Shown piece by piece: positions 28,858 to 37,207 of a stretch of DNA of 64,000 nucleotides. Each line of letters opens with the position of its first letter. Within the stretch, counting starts at the first letter, position 1. The DNA is from an uncultured Solirubrobacterales bacterium (GTDB lineage Bacteria > Actinomycetota > Thermoleophilia > Solirubrobacterales > Solirubrobacteraceae). Location: assembly GCA_963742275.1 (NCBI GenBank), contig CAVUKU010000003.1, positions 111,866 through 175,865 on the forward strand. Direction: 5' to 3'. Under the pieces are notes generated by a model that saw nothing but the letters and a program-made list of their open reading frames with translations, had not been told where the DNA came from and did not search any database. Made by a program: the position numbers and the translations under genes.

Positions 28858-30093
28858 CTATATCCACATGGCCCGGATGGTCCCGAAGTCCGGGTCGCCC
28901 TCGGAGCGCTCCCAGCCTACGGCGTCGAGGCTGCTGAGGTCGATGAACACGTTAGTGAGATCGGCATCCTCGGCGTTGGCGCCCGTCACCACGTCCCACC
29001 GTGGCGCTGAGGCAGCCCGGTCGGTCATTAGCACGCCCAGGTTCAGACGCTCGACCGGGGCGATCGTAGTCATCATGGGACCCTCGATAAGGAATGGAGT
29101 GGCCTTGGTGAAGCGATCCGCAAGGGCGGGAATCTGTGTGACGTCGGGGCCACCTTTGGCAAGCAGCGACGCGTAGAGCAACGGTGGACGCTGAACGACC
29201 AATCGCTGGGTCAGATTGTCAAGGCTCGCGTGGTCGAGCTCGTGGCTCGCGGTCTGTGGCAGATAGAGCGAGACGTTGATCGGATGGTCGTAGACGGTGG
29301 CGGATTGCGATTTTTCGAGCGCTGGCGCGAGCGGGATGGAGACGAAGCGCCGATACCACTCGTCAGCCGCCACGTCGGGGAAGATCTCGCTCGGCAATGC
29401 GGTCACCTCCGCGCAGCCGTTGAGTGGCCTGCCGATCCGCAGCGGTGTCCCCGGCACATAGAAGGAGGCGAGGTCACCGTGATCGACGTTCCGGTCAGCG
29501 TAGACGAGGCATCCCTGCTGAACCGTGATCCGGGGACTGGTCGAGAAGGGCTCCGGGGCCTGCGCCAAGTCAAAGACCCTGCCATGTTCGAGGTCGCCCG
29601 ACGTCGAGCCCACCAGGGCGTCGATGACGTAGAGAACGGCCGGTTGCTCGTAGGGCACGTGCTTGACGAGATGGTGGACGCCGATGACGTCAGTATGTGG
29701 GTTGAACGGGCCCGGCGGACCGTAGGTCGCTTCCGCGGTCTCATACTCCACTGTGTGCAGCGCAAACCACGCGGCGATGCCCGGCGAGTGCGTGACATCG
29801 AGAAACTCGGTCCCGGGGCCGTAGTGCTGCTTGATCGCCCGCAACCACAACATCACGAGGTCGAGGTCCTGCGTCGAGGCGTCCGGCGCGAGCGCGTTGG
29901 CAAGCTGATACGAGTAGAACCGCCACACCTGCTCGGCGTCGCGGATGCCCCGCAGGGCCGTTGGCTTCATCGCCCCGAAGTCACGGTTCTGGCCTCGGAA
30001 CACCCTGATGTGACCGGGTGCCGGAGGCGGCAGACCCTCCAGCGTGGCCAAAAGCTCACCGTAGCTCGTAATCGCAGTCACTCGCGCTCCCAT
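28858..30093 (-). CDS. FRG-domain protein
   Basis: VFRGQ...MKPTALR, QHYGPGTEFLDVTHSPGIAAWFA, PRITVQQG. Confidence 0.85.
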   Translation of the reverse strand: MGARVTAITSYGELLATLEGLPPPAPGHIRVFRGQNRDFGAMKPTALRGIRDAEQVWRFYSYQLANALAPDASTQDLDLVMLWLRAIKQHYGPGTEFLDVTHSPGIAAWFALHTVEYETAEATYGPPGPFNPHTDVIGVHHLVKHVPYEQPAVLYVIDALVGSTSGDLEHGRVFDLAQAPEPFSTSPRITVQQGCLVYADRNVDHGDLASFYVPGTPLRIGRPLNGCAEVTALPSEIFPDVAADEWYRRFVSIPLAPALEKSQSATVYDHPINVSLYLPQTASHELDHASLDNLTQRLVVQRPPLLYASLLAKGGPDVTQIPALADRFTKATPFLIEGPMMTTIAPVERLNLGVLMTDRAASAPRWDVVTGANAEDADLTNVFIDLSSLDAVGWERSEGDPDFGTIRAMWI

Positions 30094-30179
30094 CTATCTT
30101 GTGCCGCCAATCCTAGTCGGGCACTGATAGTTTTGTCAAGAGTCGGAAAGGTTGCGATTGTGCAAACGAAAACTCAGGT

Positions 30180-31020
30180 ACTCGGTCGCGAGTGCTTGGC
30201 GCATCGCCGTGTATCTTCCGCCTTGCCATCCCGGCCGCGGGCCTGGCGCTTGCCAGCGTCCGGCGGGATGAGAACCTGCACGTGCTCGTTGGCCACGACA
30301 TAGTCCATCTGCTGCTCATTCCAGTGCCGCTATCGGCAACCGCGGCCCCTAGTGTCTCTGTAACACCAATCGCCTGGAGTTCCCTCTTGGTCGCCTTCAC
30401 CATCGGCTCGAGGTGACCGAAGTCTGGTGAGCTCGCGCTCACCTTGTCCGCGAGCACGATCTGCTCCTCGGTCACGACTGCCTGGACGTTGTAGCCCTGG
30501 GTGTAGCTGCGCGGAGTCTTCACATTCCGCGAGTCCAGGTCGGTCGTGTTGATCTTCCCGCCGGGATATCGGGTGGCCATGTGGCTTCGGCGGACGACTG
30601 AGTCGCCGGTCTTGCGTGTCGCGTCCGTGCGCGCAGTAATGCTCATACGCCTCGTTCGCCGCATGCTCGACTTCGAGGTCTCCCACCATCCGGCGCTCCG
30701 CCTCCAACAACCGCTGCGCACGCGAACGGACGATCAGCTTCGCTTCCCGGCGGCGGTACTCATCGAGCTGGTGGCGAGCCTCATCAGCTAGCCCTCGCGG
30801 CCCTGAGTGCGGGCCACGATGACATCCGAGTCAAGCTCGATCTTCGGCTTGGTCACCCCTACCGACGCCAACACAAACCACGCCAAATGACCCTCCGGCA
30901 GCCAATCCCGCGGGTCCGGCGGCATCAAAACACCTGCTCACGATCACACGCCAAGAAGTTCATAGCCACACCCAAGTCTCTAAAACGACCCCGGACAGAC
31001 CCCGGTTTACGCGACACCCC
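30180..31020 (-). mobile_element. IS1182-family remnant, inverted relative to the 25175 copy
   Basis: End GGGTGTCGCGTAAACC at ~31019; KINTTDLDSRNVKTPRSYTQGYNVQ; internal deletion and frameshifts. Confidence 0.82.
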
Positions 31021-31562
31021 CCGTCCATTGCGATCGCGCGGTGGGCGCACGTTTAGACACCTCCGTCTCACGCGTTGCGGAACCGGCGGCGCCGCGCGAT
31101 TCTCTTCCGCCAGCCATCGCCAGCCACAGTGGGCGGGACCGCTAAGGAGTGTGGCCGATAGCCATTAGATGGGCGCTGGCGCCGAGTAGTGTGGGCTCGG
31201 TCTCGACTCGAACGGCTCGAGCACGGGATCTCGCTCGGTCATGTCCCTGGACCATTGTACGCCGCGCAACTCATCGCTCGACGAGCGGCAGCGATCCAGC
31301 GCTGCGGTCTCCACGCGAAGCCGCATCGGCTGTGGCAAACGCGGCCGCTTCCGCTACCGCCTGATGGGAAGCGTCTCCTTGCCCGAGGCCGTCGCTGCTG
31401 CGACGAGGACCAGTCTGAGACGCGGCGAGCTCTTCCGCTTCGCCCGGCAAGCGGGCGCGTGCGAGGCGCGTGCGGTAGCTGAAGCTTTGGTTGATGCGGA
31501 AAAATCGCAGGTCCGCCACCCCCCGAGCAGGTCTGCAGCCGGACACTGCGTCGAGTGAGAAC

Positions 31563-32942
31563 ATGGCTACTGTGCAGGAGACTCCGGCGACTCCCCAAGG
31601 AGGCCTTGCCACGCGGCCCTCGTGGCTGCGGCGCGTCGCTGCGATCGTGGCGCTCCTCGCGCCGCTCGCAATGGCCGTGGTTGCCATGATCGCGCTGGTG
31701 GGTGACGTCGCCATCGCAGTGCTGGCGGTCGCGCTCGTGCTGGTCGCGAACGCCGCCATCTGGTTCGCCTTGACCGAGCGCGGCGCGCGGCGCGCTGTCG
31801 GCGCGGTGGTCGCGGTGCTCACCGGGGCCGGTCTGGTTGTGGTGTTGGCGACTCACTGGCAAGGGCTGCTGGTGCTGGTCGCGCTGTTGTTCTTGCTCGG
31901 GTTGTTCGGGTTGACCGCGCGCTACGCACTGGGGCGGGCAGGGGAGATGGCGGTCTCGAGGGCGGCGGGCGCCGTCGTATCCATGGGCGTCGCCGACTCG
32001 GCTGCGCTGATCATCAACCTGAAGTCGGGCGGGGGGAAGGCCGAGCGCTTCGACCTCGCTGACCAAGCTCGGCGGCGAGGTATCGAGCCAATCGTCCTCG
32101 AGCCTGGCGATGATCTGCTCGAGCTCGCCGAGAGCGCCGTTGCGCGCGGCGCTCAGGTCATCGGGATGGCCGGGGGTGATGGGTCGCAGGCGCTTGTGGC
32201 GACGGTTGCCGCCCGGCGCGACGTCGCCCACGTCTGTATCCCGGCGGGGACGCGAAACCACTTCGCGCTCGATCTCGGCCTCGACCGCGACGACGTCGTC
32301 GGCGCGCTGGACGCGTTCACCGATGGCGTTGAGCGGCGCATCGACCTCGCGCGAGTGAACGACCACGTATTCGTCAACAACGCGTCGCTCGGCGTTTACG
32401 CGAAGGTCGTCCAATCCGAGGTCTACCGCAACGCCAAGCTCGAGACATGGACGCGCATGCTCCCCGACCTGCTCGGCCCCGACGCCGAACCGATCGACCT
32501 CGAGTTCACGTCGGCAAACGGGAGTAGCTGCTACGACGCCGCGCTCGTGCTCGTGTCGAACAACCCGTACGAGTTGACGCACCTCGCCGGCGCCGGCACC
32601 CGCGAGCGGATCGACTCCGGCATGCTCGGCATCGCGGCCGCCCGGGTGCGGGGCGCGGAGGTGGCCAGGCTCGTCGCACTCGAGCTGGTCGGCCAGGCGG
32701 GACGCTTCCCGGACCTGCTGTCGTGGTCGGCACGGGAGTTCGAGGTCCGCTCGGGCGGCCCAGTGGCGGTTGGCCTCGACGGCGAGGCGCTCGTACTCGA
32801 CCCGCCGTTGCGCTTCGAGTCGCTGCCCGGGGCGCTGCGCGTGCGGCTGCCCCGCAGTGCCGGCCTGGCACCGGGGGCCCGTGCGGTGGCACTCACAACC
32901 GCCAACCTAGGCACGCTCCTGCGGGTGGCCGCCGGCCGGTGA
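31563..32942 (+). CDS. Membrane-anchored diacylglycerol kinase-family protein
   Basis: N-terminal TMs; INLKSGGG, AGGDGS, PAGTRNHFALDLG, FVNNASLG, DGE. Confidence 0.9.
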   Translation: MATVQETPATPQGGLATRPSWLRRVAAIVALLAPLAMAVVAMIALVGDVAIAVLAVALVLVANAAIWFALTERGARRAVGAVVAVLTGAGLVVVLATHWQGLLVLVALLFLLGLFGLTARYALGRAGEMAVSRAAGAVVSMGVADSAALIINLKSGGGKAERFDLADQARRRGIEPIVLEPGDDLLELAESAVARGAQVIGMAGGDGSQALVATVAARRDVAHVCIPAGTRNHFALDLGLDRDDVVGALDAFTDGVERRIDLARVNDHVFVNNASLGVYAKVVQSEVYRNAKLETWTRMLPDLLGPDAEPIDLEFTSANGSSCYDAALVLVSNNPYELTHLAGAGTRERIDSGMLGIAAARVRGAEVARLVALELVGQAGRFPDLLSWSAREFEVRSGGPVAVGLDGEALVLDPPLRFESLPGALRVRLPRSAGLAPGARAVALTTANLGTLLRVAAGR

Positions 32943-33069
32943 GGAGCCCCACCGCACGGTTGGTGCTCGGCTTCGTTGCTCTTTTGCTCGTAGGCTGGGT
33001 AGTCGACGTGCTCCTCGGCACGGGTTGGACGGCGTTCGTGATGCGCGGTGTACGGGAGGCTGCGGCTCA

Positions 33070-33597
33070 GTGACAGTATTGGATCACGTGCGGAACCTGG
33101 ACCGCCGGCTGATGAGGCGCCCGCTCCGCGGCCGCTCACGGGCGCTGGACCGCTCCCTCGTCGCGATCACGCGATCGGCGAACTACTCGCGGATGTGGCT
33201 TCTCCTCGCGGGCGCACTCGCCGTGTCCGGGGGTAAGCAAGGGCGGAAGGCCGCCGGGCGGGGCGTCATCGCAATCGCGATCGCGGCGGCCGTCGCGAAC
33301 GGACCGGCCAAGCTGCTCGTGCGCCGGCGGCGGCCGCTCTCGAGCTCGCCGCCGGCGCTCATTCGGATGCCGCGGTCGACGTCGTTTCCATCGGGTCACA
33401 GCGCCGCGGCGTTCGCGTTCGTCACCGGCGCCTGCACCGAACTGCCGGCGCTCGCGCCAGTGCTCGTTCCGTTGGCGAGCGCCGTTGCTTACTCGCGCGT
33501 TCACACCGGCGTTCACTATCCTAGCGACGTCGCGGCCGGCGTGGGAATCGGGATCGGCTCCGGCGTGCTCTCCACACGTTGTCATCGCGGATACTAA
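33070..33597 (+). CDS. PAP2-family phosphatase
   Basis: K......RP, SFPSGH, SRVHTGVHYPSDV. Confidence 0.9.
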   Translation: MTVLDHVRNLDRRLMRRPLRGRSRALDRSLVAITRSANYSRMWLLLAGALAVSGGKQGRKAAGRGVIAIAIAAAVANGPAKLLVRRRRPLSSSPPALIRMPRSTSFPSGHSAAAFAFVTGACTELPALAPVLVPLASAVAYSRVHTGVHYPSDVAAGVGIGIGSGVLSTRCHRGY

Positions 33598-33853
33598 CGA
33601 GAACAACGGTCGCTTGTTCGTGATCGGGCTGCAGTCCGGAGCGATCGTCGAGCACGTCGTCGACATGACCGAGCCGTACCCCCAAGCCGCAAGGCGTGTT
33701 GACCGTGTCCTCTCTGCGGAGGGGTTCGAGCGATACGCGATTAGCGAGCAGAGACTAACCACACAGGCGCTCACTAACATGCGCCAGGGAAAGGCGACAC
33801 CCCTATCGGCCAGTTAGCTGACCGCCCGCTTGCGCGGAGCCCAGAACGCTCCC

Positions 33854-34621
33854 TTACCGTGGGCAGGGCACAGTGGTGGAGGCTCTGGAGCGACTACCGC
33901 CTTGGAAGGTAAACCTGGCGGAGAACCGGAATCCTCCGTGTGGGCATGTGTTGGGGAGCGGGATGCCTTTGGGTTCATAGCTGATGACGCGGCCGTGGGC
34001 GCGTTCGTGGTAGTGCAGGTGCAGTGGCCCGATGGTTGAGTGGAACGCTACGACGGCGGCATCGGGTCCTTCGGGGAGACTCGGTATGAGTGGGATGTTC
34101 ATGGCGAGGCGTCCGCCGAATGGAGGCGCGGCGGGGAGTACGAGAGCGGGGAACACGATCTGCGCGCTGACGGGATCTTCAGCGTTGACGTAGATCAGTA
34201 GCCGCAGATGTCCGGCCTGACCCGTGGTCCTAACGATAGTTACTTGCCCGATCTCGTGGACGATGGAGGGGCCGAGCGGGATCTCTGCGAGCGCGGTGCC
34301 GTACCCCATCAGGGAGTTCGCCGGGCACCCCGCCAACCCGGAGGCTTTGAGTGTCTGGGTGGAGCATGTCGCGAGGCCCAGTTCGCTCAAGGCAAACGCA
34401 AGTTCCTTGGGGTAGCTGATTTCGACCCTGGTCAGGGGCGGCGGCACGTCTTCGGCGGGCGCGGCGATCCGAAAACCGATGCCGATGGTTGTTTCTTGGC
34501 CGAGTCGCTCGGGGGTGAATGTGGCATTGAGCGTCACCGACTGCGCCGCAGACGCGATGCCGCACGCGCTGAGGCAGAGCGTAACGGTGACCAGTAGGCA
34601 GAGGGCTCGGTTTCGCCTCAC
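33854..34621 (-). CDS. Secreted Cys-containing hypothetical protein (paralog of 14882-15667)
   Basis: Signal peptide; shared motifs CPANSLMGYG, AQIVFPAL, CPHGGF.F...F.FQ.GS, CPR. Confidence 0.82.
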   Translation of the reverse strand: MRRNRALCLLVTVTLCLSACGIASAAQSVTLNATFTPERLGQETTIGIGFRIAAPAEDVPPPLTRVEISYPKELAFALSELGLATCSTQTLKASGLAGCPANSLMGYGTALAEIPLGPSIVHEIGQVTIVRTTGQAGHLRLLIYVNAEDPVSAQIVFPALVLPAAPPFGGRLAMNIPLIPSLPEGPDAAVVAFHSTIGPLHLHYHERAHGRVISYEPKGIPLPNTCPHGGFRFSARFTFQGGSRSRASTTVPCPR

Positions 34622-34630
34622 TGGGTGGTT

Positions 34631-35191
34631 TCAGTAGGAGAGTGACCCGGTGGTCTGCACGACGAGTGCGTAGGTGCGACGGTCGAATGTGCCGTAGAGC
34701 CCTCCGTGTCCGTGTGCGTGGGTGTATCGGCCGGTGCCGCCGGTGACGGTCAGGATGCCGGCGAAGCTTTCGTAGAGGCCGGAGCCGCGAGGGGTGGCTG
34801 TGCCGCGCCCGTCGATGGTCCCGTCGTGGGTGTAGATCGTGAAGGTGGCGGTGAAGGTGGAGCCGAGGTTGCAGTGGGCGCGCATACTGCCGGGGAGGGT
34901 TCCCTGCGCTGCGCCTTCCTCGAGTAGCTGCGAGCCCACGTGCCTGATGTAGCGCAGCTTGGCGGTGTCAGTGACACTGGCGACGCCTGCCATGTGGGCT
35001 TGGGGTGCGCGGCTATCGGAAGAGGCGACGCTGGAGGCTGCGTTGGTGGCGAGCGCCAGGAACAGGCCGGCGGCCACGAGTGCCGCGGGCCGTGCTATGG
35101 CCACCGCCGCCTTCCTCGCCACCGCCAGTCCAGTCGATTCCAAGGCTACGTGATTGCGCTCGTTGCGTCGCGGGATTCGTGATTTGGCCAT
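34631..35191 (-). CDS. Small secreted beta-barrel-like hypothetical protein (paralog of 15690-16184)
   Basis: Signal peptide; ESFAG.LTVTGGTGRYTHAHG. Confidence 0.8.
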   Translation of the reverse strand: MAKSRIPRRNERNHVALESTGLAVARKAAVAIARPAALVAAGLFLALATNAASSVASSDSRAPQAHMAGVASVTDTAKLRYIRHVGSQLLEEGAAQGTLPGSMRAHCNLGSTFTATFTIYTHDGTIDGRGTATPRGSGLYESFAGILTVTGGTGRYTHAHGHGGLYGTFDRRTYALVVQTTGSLSY

Positions 35192-35234
35192 TGAGATGGA
35201 TGCGTGTCTCTTATTGTTGGCAAAGTCGAACTGT

Positions 35235-36014
35235 TTAGAGGATCTTACATTGTCTTAGCCCGTCCCGGGCTGTGCCGGGCTGCCTCGACGCTGGCTGGTG
35301 CGGGGCCGATGGCCGTCCGCCGAAGCGGCGGTGCCGGTCGTTGAACTCGGCCAGCGATTCCTCTAGGGCTGCTCGCGTGAAGTCCGGCCAGAGCTCCTCG
35401 CGGAAGACGAGCTCAGAGTAGGCGGCCTGCCAGAGCAGGTAGTTGGACAGTCTCCGCTCGCCGCCGGTACGGATGATGAGGTCCGGGTCGTGCATCTCGG
35501 GTGCGTATAGGCAGCGGCGGAACTCCTCCTCGCCGCCGCCGGTGTACCGCTGTGCGGCGTCGAGGATCTCCGCCTGCCCGCCGTAGTTGAAAGCGATGAA
35601 CAGCCGCAGCCGCTGGTTGCCGGCGGTGAGCGCCTCGGCCCGGCGTATCTGCTCGACCAGCTCGCCGGGTACTCCCTCCCGGCGCCCGATGAAGCGCATT
35701 TGGACTCCCCCACGGTGAAGCTCGGGGGTCTCCCGGGCGATGCGCTGGGCGAGCATCGCGATGAGACCCAGAACCTCTTCCTTGGGCCGTGACCAGTTCT
35801 CTGTCGAGAACGAGTACACCGTTAGCTGCTCGATGCCGAGCTCCACCGCGTCGCGCAGGCGCGCCTTCAGCGTGTCGGCGCCCGCCTCGTACCCATCGTT
35901 GGTCGGCACGCGGCGGGAGCGTGCCCAGCGGCCGTTGCCGTCGGCGATGATCGCGACGTAGCGCGCTTGCGGGCGAGCCGACTCTCCCTCTGCGCCTGCC
36001 GTCGCGGGACGCAT
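35235..36014 (-). CDS. uppS: cis (Z)-polyprenyl diphosphate synthase (UppS family)
   Basis: AIIADGNGRWA, YSFSTENWSRP, NYGG, PDLIIRTGGERRLSNYLLWQAAYSEL; ATG at 36014 overlaps the upstream stop (TGATG). Confidence 0.92.
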   Translation of the reverse strand: MRPATAGAEGESARPQARYVAIIADGNGRWARSRRVPTNDGYEAGADTLKARLRDAVELGIEQLTVYSFSTENWSRPKEEVLGLIAMLAQRIARETPELHRGGVQMRFIGRREGVPGELVEQIRRAEALTAGNQRLRLFIAFNYGGQAEILDAAQRYTGGGEEEFRRCLYAPEMHDPDLIIRTGGERRLSNYLLWQAAYSELVFREELWPDFTRAALEESLAEFNDRHRRFGGRPSAPHQPASRQPGTARDGLRQCKIL

Positions 36015-37132
36015 CAGCGGCCGGTCCTGCGGGGGATCGCGCCGCGGGCTCGCTTGGCGGCCCGCCAGGAGCGCATGACCACGAGTGTGGGGGTGATGAG
36101 CGGCTCGAGCTCGCGGCGTACCCGCCGGGTCACGGGCCGGGCGAAGTCGCTGCCGGCGGTCGGCGCAGAGATGTAGTAGGCGGCGACACCCACGAGCGTC
36201 ATCGCGTGGTGTGCGCCGTTGGGTAGCGCGCCGGCGTGTTCGACCGCGCGTCGCGCGGCGCAGGCGAGGTCCTCGGCGAGCAGGTCGTGGTCCTCGTAGT
36301 AGCGCAGGTAGCCGACCCGCCCAGCCTGGGTATCGCACTGGTGGTCCACGAGGCTGTCGAGCATCGTGCTCAGGGCACAGATCGACAGGTAGGTCGTGTC
36401 GATCTCCGTGGCGTTCCCGGGGGTGGTGTGCTCGTCGGCGGCGGCGGCGATCAGCGCGTGGACGGCGAGTACGCAGGACGCCGCGCCGGCGAGGAACTCT
36501 CGCCAGCCAAGCGAGATGTCCTGCGCTTCGCTCCTCGCCCACTGCTCGAGCTGGGGGGTCCCGAGCGCTGGGACGGCGTGCGCACGGATCTGTGCCTCCG
36601 CGCACCGAGCCGCTGCTCCCCTCGCGGCAAGGGAGATCGCGGCCGTGGACGGCAGCCTGGCCAGTGCTCCTCGCACGACGCTGACGAGCTCTTCGAGGTA
36701 GCCGCCGTCGTCTGCGGGCCAGGAGGTGTAGTAGCCGCCCGTGGCCTTCGAGTCGAGGGTGATCGCGTCCGTGAACGCCCGGTAGAGGTCGTGTCCGTCG
36801 TCGAGGGGGTTGGCTGTCGGCTGCTCGACCAGTCTGTCGAGGTAGTCGTACATGACCTCGTAGGCCACGATCGCTTCGACGACGGTTTTGCGGTGCGCTC
36901 GTGGTGCGAGCGTTGCGAGGGTCGCCGCGACCTCGGCGTTGAAGCGCTCCTCGCGCAGCTCCTCGAGCGCGAGCGCGTGAAGCACGGGGTCGTTGATCGC
37001 GTGGGCGTGCCGCTCCCACCGTTTGAGTTGTGCGCCGAGGAGTGGGGCAACCGTCGCCCAGAAGCGGACGTTCGCGAGTACCAGGGCCACGCCGGCTCGT
37101 GCCAGGAGCCGGCGATCACCAAAGGCGGTCAC
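36014..37132 (-). CDS. Tetraprenyl-beta-curcumene synthase-like terpene cyclase (YtpB/DUF2600)
   Basis: W...A..I.DP.L..LAL, IVAYEVMYDYLD.L, DGGYL..LV, W.EF.A.A.S.L..HAL.A.A, LSTMLDSLVD...D. Confidence 0.82.
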   Translation of the reverse strand: MTAFGDRRLLARAGVALVLANVRFWATVAPLLGAQLKRWERHAHAINDPVLHALALEELREERFNAEVAATLATLAPRAHRKTVVEAIVAYEVMYDYLDRLVEQPTANPLDDGHDLYRAFTDAITLDSKATGGYYTSWPADDGGYLEELVSVVRGALARLPSTAAISLAARGAAARCAEAQIRAHAVPALGTPQLEQWARSEAQDISLGWREFLAGAASCVLAVHALIAAAADEHTTPGNATEIDTTYLSICALSTMLDSLVDHQCDTQAGRVGYLRYYEDHDLLAEDLACAARRAVEHAGALPNGAHHAMTLVGVAAYYISAPTAGSDFARPVTRRVRRELEPLITPTLVVMRSWRAAKRARGAIPRRTGR

Positions 37133-37207
37133 GGCTCTGCTCGGTCTTAGCCGGCTGCTGGTCGCTTGTGGTCGCGCGGCGCCTTGCGAGGTGGATGTGG
37201 ATGTCCT

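Noticed and set aside
33600-33817. Possible gene remnant or element boundary after the PAP2 gene
   Set aside because: No recognisable motif, terminal repeat or att core found
36015-37019. 594-aa UppS with a long N-terminal extension as given in the ORF track
   Set aside because: The extension is an off-frame shadow of the YtpB-like gene; the real start is ATG 36014
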